IMG/VR virus record: IMGVR_UViG_3300009709_000002
Span: 232,228 to 296,227 of that record
From: a virus
Taxonomy: Duplodnaviria; Heunggongvirae; Uroviricota; Caudoviricetes
Length of the DNA stretch: 64,000 nucleotides
Direction: 5' to 3' (one strand)
The notes beneath the pieces are model-generated. The model did not search any database and was not told the DNA's origin. It saw only the letters and a list, made by a program, of their open reading frames with translations. The translations under genes were made by a program, and so were the position numbers. Every line of letters starts with the position of its first letter. Positions within the stretch are counted from its first letter, which is position 1. Of the stretch, positions 38,916 to 47,741 are shown one piece after another.

Positions 38916-38923
38916 ACATTTCA

Positions 38924-39268
38924 TCACAAAATGGCTCGGTAATCCTCAGATTTGATGGTGACTGTGAAGTCATCGGTGTTACCATCCATCTTGTCACCAC
39001 GGCGCTCGATCTCATCCATGATTGGTTGCCAGGCACGAGACACAAGCATCATGCCTTCAGGAACTTCAGCGGTGGTTGTAATTTTAGTGAGCTTCATATT
39101 ATATGAAGCTCCAGGTTCCGCGCGTGTGAGATTGCCTTGACCATCACACTTCCAGCCATTGACAACACCGCCTGGCTCATCATTGCACATGCAGCCGTGA
39201 TAGAAACCAGGTGATTGCTCTTCATTCGAACCAGGTGCGCAGAGCGTACACATCGTCTTTTCAGTCAT
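38924..39268 (-). CDS. Hypothetical protein
   Basis: 114-aa ORF with an N-terminal Cys cluster. Confidence 0.5.
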   Translation of the reverse strand: MTEKTMCTLCAPGSNEEQSPGFYHGCMCNDEPGGVVNGWKCDGQGNLTRAEPGASYNMKLTKITTTAEVPEGMMLVSRAWQPIMDEIERRGDKMDGNTDDFTVTIKSEDYRAIL

Positions 39269-39638
39269 CTTGCAATCCCTCTAACATCCAGTCAATCCAG
39301 CGTAGTCGAGTTTCACGCATCTGCTGTGATGATGGCCAGGTTTGCCGAAACTTGATGGCTTCTAGTGACCATTCGCCGTACTTACGATTGATACGTGCTT
39401 TCTGCCACCCTTCGAGGTAAGGAAAATCGCCAAGCTTCTTATGGATGTACTGACGAAGATACGCCGACGCATTTCTCAGATGAGGGCGCCGCGCAGCGGC
39501 CGAACCGAGCGCATGGCACAAGTACGTGTTGCGACGAGCTTTGATGTTTGCTCTTGCTTTGATCAACGCTTCGCGTAGAAGAGCATTGGAAGGACGTGTA
39601 ATCATCAGACAAGCTCCTTCAACATCCAATTGATCCAC
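39261..39638 (-). CDS. Hypothetical protein, paralogue of 39605..39931
   Basis: Shared LREA...YLCxAL...YLRxY...KLG...LEGWQ...RxxWIxWML. Confidence 0.6.
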   Translation of the reverse strand: MDQLDVEGACLMITRPSNALLREALIKARANIKARRNTYLCHALGSAAARRPHLRNASAYLRQYIHKKLGDFPYLEGWQKARINRKYGEWSLEAIKFRQTWPSSQQMRETRLRWIDWMLEGLQDD

Positions 39639-39931
39639 TTGATGCGATCAGCTTTACCATCACGGGTGATGGTTTCAAGCCCTTTGGCCGCTTGCCAGCC
39701 TTCAAGAACCGAATGCGTGCCAAGTTTTTCCCTGACGTAAGAGCGAAGATAGTCAGTTGCGTTTTTAATTCTCACGTCTGAATTACGTGATCTAACTTCA
39801 TTGAGTGCCAAACACACATAGCTCTCGCGTCCATCACGAATCAACTGTTTAGCTTCTCTCAGCGCTTTGACAAGAAATTTATTAGCTGGTCGTGAATATG
39901 GAAATGAACATACAGACAATTGCTGCATCAA
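39605..39931 (-). CDS. Hypothetical protein, paralogue of 39261..39638
   Basis: Same motif set as its neighbour. Confidence 0.6.
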   Translation of the reverse strand: MMQQLSVCSFPYSRPANKFLVKALREAKQLIRDGRESYVCLALNEVRSRNSDVRIKNATDYLRSYVREKLGTHSVLEGWQAAKGLETITRDGKADRIKWINWMLKELV

Positions 39932-39957
39932 TTACCTCTAGGTTGTTTGTAAGTCTC

Positions 39958-39986
39958 ATTATAATACAAACAACCTGAGAAGTAAA
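39958..39986 (-). promoter_or_regulatory. Early sigma70-type promoter
   Basis: TTTACT-N17-TATAAT. Confidence 0.8.
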
Positions 39987-39988
39987 AC

Positions 39989-40495
39989 TTAATCCTTCGA
40001 TTTCGCGTATGCTGGCATGTAATCGAAATAGTAGTGTTGGAATTTTTCTTTGTTGAATTCTTCACTACCGATTTCACGGTAGATGTCGAGAATATCAGCG
40101 ATAGAATAATGGTCGTCATTGTGAAGAACTAGCAAACCACGACCAACACCCCACTTCTTACTTTGAAGTAGAAGTTTGGTCACTTCAACTTTAACGGCTT
40201 TTCCATCAGACTGAAAGTCGGCGGAACGAACCGTGATCTTGTCACCTTCTTGAGGGAGATTGAACTTACGACGAAGAGGACCAAGCGCTTCAAGTAGACG
40301 GCTGTTCGGTTCGTACTCAACCTTTACACGATTGATCTCAATGATGTCAGAGAAATACACCACGCGATCATCACCAGGTGGAACGTCAAGATAGACGGCT
40401 GGTGCGCTTTTGAAGCTGGTGTAGGAGGTAACACGACGCGGCTTGTTATTGTCCGACGTTTTGATTAAGTCGCCTTTTACGGGCACGATTAGCAT
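39989..40495 (-). CDS. Hypothetical protein
   Basis: 168-aa ORF; AATAAATA box near 40526. Confidence 0.55.
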   Translation of the reverse strand: MLIVPVKGDLIKTSDNNKPRRVTSYTSFKSAPAVYLDVPPGDDRVVYFSDIIEINRVKVEYEPNSRLLEALGPLRRKFNLPQEGDKITVRSADFQSDGKAVKVEVTKLLLQSKKWGVGRGLLVLHNDDHYSIADILDIYREIGSEEFNKEKFQHYYFDYMPAYAKSKD

Positions 40496-40553
40496 AATAG
40501 CTCCACCTAATGATTTAGATGGAGCTATTTATTGCTACGAGAGGGACGATCTT

Positions 40554-40811
40554 TTAAGCTGTGGCTGCGGCGGCCGCTTGTTCAGCTGCAAGGCGTGCTG
40601 CTTCAACTTCAGCAGCACGGAGAGCTTCTTCTTGTTCTTCTGGGGTCGGTTCAGCTGCCGGCGCTGCGGTACCTTGTGGGTTCACACGAGCCTGCATCTT
40701 CGCTTGGAGCACATCATGAAAAATCTTGATGGCTGCTTCTTGGTCGTCTTTTGCGAGAGCCGTAACTGCTTGCTTAAGTTGGTCACGAACTTCTTGTGAT
40801 GTTTCTGGCAT
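40554..40811 (-). CDS. Small Ala/Glu-rich late protein
   Basis: TATAAATA at 40847-40854 upstream. Confidence 0.55.
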   Translation of the reverse strand: MPETSQEVRDQLKQAVTALAKDDQEAAIKIFHDVLQAKMQARVNPQGTAAPAAEPTPEEQEEALRAAEVEAARLAAEQAAAAATA

Positions 40812-40904
40812 GATATGTCCTTTGGATATAGGATGGTTGATGTGATTATTTATAGCCTACAAAAGATTGACAAATCACGGTCAAACTAGATAAATAGTGG
40901 CCTT

Positions 40905-41348
40905 TTAGTAGCCTCTGTAAAGCTCTGGGTAGAGCTTGCCCACAGGCACGGCTTGTGTGTTGATGTCATTGTTGATGAGCACAACGGTAGCAAGCAATAG
41001 ACCATTCGGCTGCTTGCTGATAGTCAGCTTGACACTATCTGATGCGAGCCCATCTGCATCAGCTACCATACAGTGAGTTCGATCAGATTGAAAGCTTCGT
41101 TGACCACCAGTCCCATTCAAGTCAACTCCGTTGACTCCTGCATACGCTACGCAAAATTGCAGCCCTGGAACTGCTGATTTCCACGTTAGCTTTACTCCAG
41201 GTGAATTTTGATACAAGAGGCCGCCGCTTACGCTGGTGGACTCTGTGTGGTCCAAAGTGATCGGAAATGATTTGCTTGCATCTTGAGCGTAAGCATGCAC
41301 AGATAGCCATAGCGCAAGAGCTGCGAATAAAGCTCTTTTATTCTTCAT
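40905..41348 (-). CDS. Hypothetical exported protein
   Basis: Start reassigned to MKNKRALFAALALWLSVHAYA (signal peptide). Confidence 0.55.
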   Translation of the reverse strand: MKNKRALFAALALWLSVHAYAQDASKSFPITLDHTESTSVSGGLLYQNSPGVKLTWKSAVPGLQFCVAYAGVNGVDLNGTGGQRSFQSDRTHCMVADADGLASDSVKLTISKQPNGLLLATVVLINNDINTQAVPVGKLYPELYRGY

Positions 41349-41640
41349 TTGTATCTTCCGCTGGTCTGCTTGGTTTGCTAAAACCCTTTGAAAATTGATA
41401 GTATTCTTCTTCAGTAGAGTTGTCGCGAACATCGGTAAGCACTCGACGGCAAATGCTGTATGCTTCTAACAAACGTGGTGATCCATGTTTGTATGACTCT
41501 TCTATTTTACCTTCAAAGCATCGAAGAATCCAGCTGAGCGTAACTAGAGCTTCTGCTCTGATTTCAGGTCTTTTCACACCAGGAATGACAAATGTTACAC
41601 CGCCTGGAATGGCCACTACAATTTTCTTGGGTTTGTTCAT
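41338..41640 (-). CDS. Hypothetical protein
   Basis: 100-aa ORF. Confidence 0.45.
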   Translation of the reverse strand: MNKPKKIVVAIPGGVTFVIPGVKRPEIRAEALVTLSWILRCFEGKIEESYKHGSPRLLEAYSICRRVLTDVRDNSTEEEYYQFSKGFSKPSRPAEDTNEE

Positions 41641-41642
41641 GA

Positions 41643-41975
41643 CTAGAATGGGAGACGTTTATCTTTCGGATCTTCTATGCCAGCTGCATCTAGCAAAGCA
41701 TACAAGCGCTCAATTGTTTCATCTGCACGGTCAAGCTCATCATGCAAACGAACTGCATAATCCTTAGCAGAATTACCACCTTTGAACAAGTCGATCCAAT
41801 GCTTCTGCTTGCGGATCAACATCTGGACGAGCATGTCATCGTGATTGTCGATCAAATCGATCGCATGCCCTAAGTCATAAGCGCAGCGTCGAGCACACCT
41901 GATCATGATGTCATGAGCTTCCATCAGGTGCGCATCAACTGTTCCACCGAGAATTCTACGAATTGTCTTGATCAT
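41643..41975 (-). CDS. Hypothetical protein (ends in TAG)
   Basis: 110-aa ORF, ATGA-coupled. Confidence 0.5.
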   Translation of the reverse strand: MIKTIRRILGGTVDAHLMEAHDIMIRCARRCAYDLGHAIDLIDNHDDMLVQMLIRKQKHWIDLFKGGNSAKDYAVRLHDELDRADETIERLYALLDAAGIEDPKDKRLPF

Positions 41976-42214
41976 TCATCGGGCCCAGGTGGTGTACCAC
42001 GAGCACGACCAGAAAGGTCGAACTTGATACAAGCTTGAATGTATTCAACTGCTTGCTTCTTCGTTCTGAAAGCACCGAATCCGATGTCAATCCAGAAAAA
42101 GAAAAGACATCTCTCTTGGCATTGCCAATCTGTTTCGAGCTTGACAATGCGGTATTTCTTCGTATACCACGGGCCTGGTCGTATTTCCACGATCAAATCC
42201 TTGGAAGCTGCCAA
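41972..42214 (-). CDS. Hypothetical protein
   Basis: 80-aa ORF. Confidence 0.4.
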   Translation of the reverse strand: MAASKDLIVEIRPGPWYTKKYRIVKLETDWQCQERCLFFFWIDIGFGAFRTKKQAVEYIQACIKFDLSGRARGTPPGPDE

Positions 42215-42314
42215 GTGCGAGCTTTGTAGTGATTGTAAAACGAGATGTAATCACCAGGATACTTGCTCTTGGCTTTGTGCTCGATGTACATCAGGAAAAT
42301 GATCGTGTTAATGT

Positions 42315-42806
42315 TCATGGGAAGAGGTGTAGTTCCAGCTGAATTCTTGGATTCAGCTCAGTTTCAATGATCGCTTGAATGATCTCCCACTTACCACCAC
42401 CAAGCCCAGCCCCAATCAATGGGAAGCGAACTGGAAGTAGCTTTTCATGAGCAACTTCATAGTCAAGCACAACGGTGTTAACCTTTGCAAAGCACTCAGC
42501 TAGACCGTCATAGCTGGTCCAGCGAGTTTGGCCGCCAGCGCCAAAGAAGTCCTGGCCCATCGCATTGATGATGAACTTGTCTTCATCAATGTTCACCACT
42601 TGAATTTGGCCGAGGTTCCAGCCGCGTTCATCATAGCGATCTTTGTAAGCCTTGAAAACAGCAGGGAATCGTTCACGAATCTCACGAGCAATACCGCTGC
42701 CCATGACGCCTTGACAGTTGCATTGGTGAACGATAAAACCAGGTCCGGTGTTCAGGACGTTTGAGTGATCAAATACGTTAAGTCTTGGTCGATGAATTAC
42801 TGCCAT
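42315..42806 (-). CDS. Macrodomain (ADP-ribose processing) protein
   Basis: IVHQCNCQGVMGSGIA...IINAMGQ...PLIGAGLGGGKW. Confidence 0.88.
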   Translation of the reverse strand: MAVIHRPRLNVFDHSNVLNTGPGFIVHQCNCQGVMGSGIAREIRERFPAVFKAYKDRYDERGWNLGQIQVVNIDEDKFIINAMGQDFFGAGGQTRWTSYDGLAECFAKVNTVVLDYEVAHEKLLPVRFPLIGAGLGGGKWEIIQAIIETELNPRIQLELHLFP

Positions 42807-43332
42807 TGAGGATATTTCTACGAATGAAGCTGATGAGCGGACGATGGCAGTGCGAAGGCATGTTGCTCCACGCCATGATCAGCGACTCAGTCGCCGTCAT
42901 CACATCATCTTTCACCAACTTCGGGTCATTCAGGGTGTTACACATCCAGTCAAGGATTTCATCCCGGACGGATTCAGACGGATTTGTATCGATTGAAGCG
43001 GTAGCAATGCGGAGAGAACCATTGCAGATTTCTCCGTTGCCGTGATGCCAGCGGCCTAACAGCGGCGTATCGGCGATGACTCGTTCAGCTTGAGTTTCTC
43101 GCAGATCGTTGATCATAGCATCCATGAAACGGTCAATGAAGTCAGCGTGCTTTTCAGCATCGGCTTCATTGTCAAACATCTGCATGCCGACGGAGATGCC
43201 ATGGCTTGCGCCAGCAGCTTCCATGCACATGAAGTCGGGCGTCAGGCGAACATAAGCCTTCAAACCGGGATTCAAAGGATCAGTGGACGCATCCCAATAG
43301 ATAGAAGTCCAGCGGCTTTTGCGTTTGCTCAT
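42778..43332 (-). CDS. Hypothetical protein
   Basis: 184-aa ORF. Confidence 0.5.
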   Translation of the reverse strand: MSKRKSRWTSIYWDASTDPLNPGLKAYVRLTPDFMCMEAAGASHGISVGMQMFDNEADAEKHADFIDRFMDAMINDLRETQAERVIADTPLLGRWHHGNGEICNGSLRIATASIDTNPSESVRDEILDWMCNTLNDPKLVKDDVMTATESLIMAWSNMPSHCHRPLISFIRRNILNGSNSSTKT

Positions 43333-43574
43333 TTTGACACCTCGACTTGAGATTTGTGGGCTGCGATCCCTTCAGGTGTGATCGCATAGCCGTTGTAGAT
43401 GTAGCCATCTTGGCCACATTGCACCCACTTGATGAGACCTTTGTTAGCCAAGGCTTTGGCCGTACGTGCCTCACTTTGATAAGGCATGTAGGTCCCGTCT
43501 CTCTCAACACCGATGTGACCGAGAGACACAAATCGGTCAAGAAAATGCAGCTGTGTTTCAGAAAGACGTGCCAT
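43329..43574 (-). CDS. Small winged-helix-like hypothetical protein
   Basis: TAKALANKGLI...YAITPEG pattern. Confidence 0.45.
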   Translation of the reverse strand: MARLSETQLHFLDRFVSLGHIGVERDGTYMPYQSEARTAKALANKGLIKWVQCGQDGYIYNGYAITPEGIAAHKSQVEVSK

Positions 43575-43584
43575 GATTTACTCC

Positions 43585-43953
43585 TTAGTCCCACCCTTGA
43601 TACCAAGATTCATTGATAAATTCGAGCATGTTCGGCTCATATTCTTCATCTTTGAACAACTTGATGAGTTCTTGCTTGTTATGTGCGCGAGCCGATTCTT
43701 TCGACCCGTACTTTCCACGATAACCTGTGTAACTTTTGCAACCATAAAATCCATCAACCTTGTAGCAATCGCTGTGATACCAGCAGAGAGCTTTGATGTA
43801 TTCCTTCTCTTCTTTTGGAACGCTAGGGAAAGCGCCAACTGTTCCATTCATCGGACGAACACCGTTCCATTCATCCGGAATAGTGTGCGTGTACTTAGTT
43901 GAAAAATTGGTCCAGTGCTTGCGAGCACGCGTGCGACGAATTGTACGTGACAT
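43585..43953 (-). CDS. Basic hypothetical protein
   Basis: 122-aa ORF beginning MSRTIRR. Confidence 0.5.
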   Translation of the reverse strand: MSRTIRRTRARKHWTNFSTKYTHTIPDEWNGVRPMNGTVGAFPSVPKEEKEYIKALCWYHSDCYKVDGFYGCKSYTGYRGKYGSKESARAHNKQELIKLFKDEEYEPNMLEFINESWYQGWD

Positions 43954-44010
43954 GAGGTTCTCCGAGTAGTGTACTACTCATGTCGGTCTTTTGCTTGTAG
44001 CTGTAAGTCT

Positions 44011-44253
44011 TCATGCGATTACGTTCTTCCCTTCTTTAACTGCGATGGCTAGCGGTGTGTCTTTGCCGTGCGGAATGTATGAAATTTCCTGCACGGTCGG
44101 AACATCAACCCACTTCTGGGTAGCTTCATCAAGATATTGAAGCACCGGTTGGTGAATATTCCGGCGATTGAAGTAGCTACCATCTTCATACCGAAAATGC
44201 GGCGGCTGATAAACTTCTTCAATTTCCACTCGCTGAAACAATCGGAATTGCAT
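44011..44253 (-). CDS. Hypothetical protein
   Basis: 80-aa ORF with RBS. Confidence 0.5.
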   Translation of the reverse strand: MQFRLFQRVEIEEVYQPPHFRYEDGSYFNRRNIHQPVLQYLDEATQKWVDVPTVQEISYIPHGKDTPLAIAVKEGKNVIA

Positions 44254-44264
44254 ACAATCTCCTA

Positions 44265-44603
44265 TTAGAGATTCACCGTGTAGTTCATGATGATGAACAG
44301 TGCCATCTCACCTGTGTAATAGCGAGTTTTGGCGTTGATCGGCTTTGGCAAATTGATGAACTGAGAATCAAGCTTCACTAGATCTTCACCATCAACCTCA
44401 ATACGAATTGCATCTGGATTCCACATCGGCATGACCAAATACATGCCATCATCCTGCATATCTTGCTGCAGCTTCAAGAAGCGCTCGCTATCAAGCGAAT
44501 CGATCAAGTAAGCTTCAGGCCGATGAATGTATGCCACATTGTTTGTAGCAGATTCACGATACATCGGCCTGACGAACACCACTTTAATCATACAATCGTC
44601 CAA
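44265..44603 (-). CDS. Hypothetical protein
   Basis: 112-aa ORF. Confidence 0.5.
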   Translation of the reverse strand: MDDCMIKVVFVRPMYRESATNNVAYIHRPEAYLIDSLDSERFLKLQQDMQDDGMYLVMPMWNPDAIRIEVDGEDLVKLDSQFINLPKPINAKTRYYTGEMALFIIMNYTVNL

Positions 44604-45009
44604 TTGTGATGTGGAACGGAAAGTCAGACTTCAGTCCAAGCTCCGCTCGCATGTCTTTCAGCTTTGCACCACGCACTGGAAGCACCCAGAATTGCCAACG
44701 CTTCTCAAGCTCAGGTGAGTATTCAAATTCGATGAAGCGACCTTCATGCTTCTTCCAAGCTTCTGCATTCGTGAAACGTTCATCACCTTTGACAATCGTA
44801 ACGTGAGTGCGCCAAACTGGTCGCTGCAGCATCAAACCATAGCGCTTCTTCAAGAACCACTGATAGTACAGGTCCATGTCATCATAGCGAGGCTGGATGA
44901 TGAGCGTGCGCTGTTTGTGTGTCTTTTTAAGGTCAGGGCGAACAGGCTCATAAATGAGCTTCCCGGTAGCTTTGATCCATTGCGTCATGTCAGTCGTTCC
45001 TGGAATCAC
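44584..45009 (-). CDS. 2H phosphoesterase-family protein
   Basis: Two H-x-T motifs (RTHVTIV and FHITIG) about 60 aa apart in a protein of about 140 aa. Confidence 0.7.
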   Translation of the reverse strand: MIPGTTDMTQWIKATGKLIYEPVRPDLKKTHKQRTLIIQPRYDDMDLYYQWFLKKRYGLMLQRPVWRTHVTIVKGDERFTNAEAWKKHEGRFIEFEYSPELEKRWQFWVLPVRGAKLKDMRAELGLKSDFPFHITIGRLYD

Positions 45010-45190
45010 TGTAGTCCAGCTCAGAGTTGCGGTTGATGATCCGGATGAGCTCGATCAAGTCAGGCGCAAGTCCAAGCGCCGCAATCTTATCCCAGTGTGC
45101 ACGAAGCTTCAGAATTTCATCTTCCTTCGCACGCCAGTTCAGATAGCAGTCTGTTGCGTGAGGTTCCAAGTTCCATGCGTTCTTCGACAT
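44990..45190 (-). CDS. Hypothetical protein
   Basis: Start reassigned to MSKNAW, downstream of the tRNA. Confidence 0.45.
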   Translation of the reverse strand: MSKNAWNLEPHATDCYLNWRAKEDEILKLRAHWDKIAALGLAPDLIELIRIINRNSELDYSDSRND

Positions 45191-45204
45191 GATGCATCCT
45201 TGTT

Positions 45205-45279
45205 TGGCCGCCTCTCCGGGGATCGAACCCGGGACCATGGCTTTTAGAGGGCCCTGCTCTACCGCTGAGCTAAGAGGCG
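45205..45279 (-). tRNA. tRNA with CUA anticodon (amber-suppressor type)
   Basis: CGCCTCT-TA-GCTC-AGCGGTA-GAGC-A-GGGCC-CTCTAAA-AGCCA-TGGTC-CCGGG-TTCGATC-CCCGG-AGAGGCG-G-CCA: perfect acceptor, D and T arms; U33-CUA-A37; two mismatches in the anticodon stem. Confidence 0.8.
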
Positions 45280-45286
45280 TTATATT

Positions 45287-45709
45287 TTACAGCTTCTTGT
45301 AAAAGAGAGTCACCGTCTTGTGACCATAGAATCCATCACGATCGATGATCTGCGTAATTTCATCACTGAAGAGCAATTCGAAGTAATCTACTTCACCGCG
45401 AACTTCAGCCGGAATCTGTGCCAACACTTCAGAAATAGTGGGCTTGAAAATCCCGTGATATGCACATGTGTGGTAGGTTGTCCAGCAGCTCAACAACTGA
45501 AGTTTGTTAGCATCAACTGGCTCTTTGAACTTAGGATCCCACTTGAATGCAATGTTAAACAAATTCGGAGTTTCAATCTCATGAAGAAGATTTGTGTCAT
45601 GGTTACGAACGAGAGGCTTGACGAGCTTTACAGCTTCGAGCGCTTCTTCCTCCGTAATTTCCATCCGAGCCCGAATTTCATTGCCGCTAAGAAGCCGTTC
45701 CCAAGTCAT
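45287..45709 (-). CDS. Hypothetical protein
   Basis: First gene after the early promoter at 45739-45768. Confidence 0.55.
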   Translation of the reverse strand: MTWERLLSGNEIRARMEITEEEALEAVKLVKPLVRNHDTNLLHEIETPNLFNIAFKWDPKFKEPVDANKLQLLSCWTTYHTCAYHGIFKPTISEVLAQIPAEVRGEVDYFELLFSDEITQIIDRDGFYGHKTVTLFYKKL

Positions 45710-45738
45710 TTTTGATCTCGGTTTGTTTCAGTAAGAAT

Positions 45739-45768
45739 ATTATAACATCACAAAAGCTGGAAGTAAAC
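45739..45768 (-). promoter_or_regulatory. Early sigma70-type promoter (would drive the CUA tRNA and the 2H gene)
   Basis: GTTTACT-N17-TATAAT. Confidence 0.8.
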
Positions 45769-45773
45769 AACTT

Positions 45774-45968
45774 CTACCACTTTATCAACCCAGTGTAGAG
45801 GCCAATAATTGCGATAAAACCAACAATGAGCTTAATGATGAACCAAACCACCAACCAAACAGTTTGAACTATTGCACTCACAACCTTGAAGATGAACACA
45901 CCAACAAAGATGAAGAACACAAGCAGCAAAGCTGGTAGTACTAGCAAGCCCTTAATCACGTTCTTCAT
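45774..45968 (-). CDS. Small membrane protein (ends in TAG)
   Basis: Almost entirely hydrophobic, 64 aa. Confidence 0.5.
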   Translation of the reverse strand: MKNVIKGLLVLPALLLVFFIFVGVFIFKVVSAIVQTVWLVVWFIIKLIVGFIAIIGLYTGLIKW

Positions 45969-46157
45969 TGCGCTTGTCCGGAAAGAATAGACCTTTGAGG
46001 ATCGTCGCTACGCACAGTGCTATCACCGTGAGCATCAAGAAGAAGATCGTGAGGTGGTTGAACATTGTTATCTCCTTGAAGATGTGGAGCATCCATCTCG
46101 TCATAGAGCCGACGGTGATGGTTTTGGTGAATGATTCGGTTGAGCTTCTTAAGCATT

Positions 46158-46430
46158 TCAGCTAGGTTGAAACTTAGTGGTGTTGAAATCAGGCAGCGTA
46201 GGATATAGCCGAGTTGGAATGTGACCGCTTGCCGAGATAGCTTGGAAAGCAAACTCAGCATCATCATAGTGATCAAATTCAACGATGAAGACATTCACAG
46301 TTGTCATCGTATGCGGATATACTGAATGTCCAAATGATGGCATCGGATTAACATTGTGCTGCATCGTTGGCAAAGCTGTGTCATAAGACTTCACCGTGAC
46401 TAAAATCTTAAATTGGCTCATTTGATCCAA
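46158..46430 (-). CDS. Hypothetical protein
   Basis: 90-aa ORF. Confidence 0.45.
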   Translation of the reverse strand: MDQMSQFKILVTVKSYDTALPTMQHNVNPMPSFGHSVYPHTMTTVNVFIVEFDHYDDAEFAFQAISASGHIPTRLYPTLPDFNTTKFQPS

Positions 46431-46957
46431 CCTTCACTTTTGAGCATCTGGATTAAGTATGCTGCGTTGCGCTCATAGTCAAACACGAGCTCCAGGTAGT
46501 CGATGTCTTCTTCAAGCAGCATGTCAAAGATTTCACGATCTTTAACTACTGCTTCTTCCTTCGTCTGAGTGCGACCCTTGGGATTGTACGGCTTAGCGCC
46601 ACGCTTCATGTAGATGTTCATGCTCACGTAGGAATCATGAGCTTCACGGATGACTCGCTTCAGCGTAGGCAGCTTGAAGTTATCCGGGATGTAGCACATC
46701 GACATGAGAATTGGCGAGTCGGTGACCACGATATCAACTTCTTGAGCGACGATGTCCACGTCCCAGTGCTGCTTCGCGAAGATCAAGTCTTGCGCCTTGA
46801 AGTACTTCTCGGAGCGTTTTTCCCAAGCTTTGTTCTTGACGTTTTCTTGAACATACTCGGCGTTGTAACCAGCCGCTTTCAAGTCAGCAGCGAGACGCAT
46901 GGCGGTGGTAGACTTGCCAGCACCAGGACCGCCGAAGAAATTGATGATCTTTGCCAT
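46418..46957 (-). CDS. P-loop kinase (NadR/AAA_28-like)
   Basis: INFFGGPGAGKST, VVTDSPI. Confidence 0.75.
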   Translation of the reverse strand: MAKIINFFGGPGAGKSTTAMRLAADLKAAGYNAEYVQENVKNKAWEKRSEKYFKAQDLIFAKQHWDVDIVAQEVDIVVTDSPILMSMCYIPDNFKLPTLKRVIREAHDSYVSMNIYMKRGAKPYNPKGRTQTKEEAVVKDREIFDMLLEEDIDYLELVFDYERNAAYLIQMLKSEGWIK

Positions 46958-47667
46958 TATGCAGGAACCCGGTTGCTGTTGACTACTTCATAGATTCGAT
47001 TGGGAATTTCGGTGTAGACCGCGCCGGCCGAAGCCCAACGATTTTTCACCGTAGTGAATTTACCGTCGCCGATCTCATAGGCAACGTGAGCGTGTTCGAG
47101 AGTTGATCGTGAGCTGGTGCCTGCCCAATGTTGTTCGATCGTCAAAATCGCCCGAAGAACATTTCGATCGCGGTTTGAATCAAGGATATTACGAAGGCCA
47201 CGAGCAAGCTCGGCGCGCTTTCGCCAATCGAATGACGTAATGTCGATGACCACCATCGACGGTTTTTCACGTTGGATTGCTTCAAGTTGATCTACCCAGC
47301 CGAGATTCTTGATGGTTGCACGACAGCCAAAGTTCTCAGCCATGGTGCTAATCCAACCTTCTGGTTCTTCACCAGCCCAGGCAATCACATCATCAGGATA
47401 CATGTTGAAGGCGTTGGAAACCATCCACAGTGCGAGCTGCGATTTACCACAGCCAGCTTTGCCGTACAGGTGTACCAGCGGTGGGTGATTGTAGGAGGGA
47501 GTCAGCTCGTGCTTGAGATTGCGCAGTTCATGATCGAACAGCAATGGACGAGTCTTTTCGACGTACTTTCGATAAAGCTTGATCAGCGCTTGCGCGCTAG
47601 CTAGATCATTGATGGGATACTGCTCATCATCAAGAAAAGTGATATCTTGAAGGAGACCTGGTTTCAT
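46957..47667 (-). CDS. RecA-superfamily-like P-loop NTPase
   Basis: LYGKAGCGKSQL, AGEE, MVVID. Confidence 0.6.
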   Translation of the reverse strand: MKPGLLQDITFLDDEQYPINDLASAQALIKLYRKYVEKTRPLLFDHELRNLKHELTPSYNHPPLVHLYGKAGCGKSQLALWMVSNAFNMYPDDVIAWAGEEPEGWISTMAENFGCRATIKNLGWVDQLEAIQREKPSMVVIDITSFDWRKRAELARGLRNILDSNRDRNVLRAILTIEQHWAGTSSRSTLEHAHVAYEIGDGKFTTVKNRWASAGAVYTEIPNRIYEVVNSNRVPA

Positions 47668-47741
47668 TGCTGCTCCAAACTACAAAAGGTTGGTAGGAAC
47701 CTTGATTATAATTTAGGAGCAAACAAAGTTACATTTATTTG

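Noticed and set aside
45191-45238. N-terminal extension of ORF 44990..45238
   Set aside because: It runs through the tRNA gene; the internal ATG at 45190 has an RBS.
45205-45279. Pyrrolysine tRNA
   Set aside because: It has a canonical D-loop GG, TTCG T-loop, 5-nt variable loop and 5-bp anticodon stem, unlike tRNA-Pyl, and no pyl genes are present.
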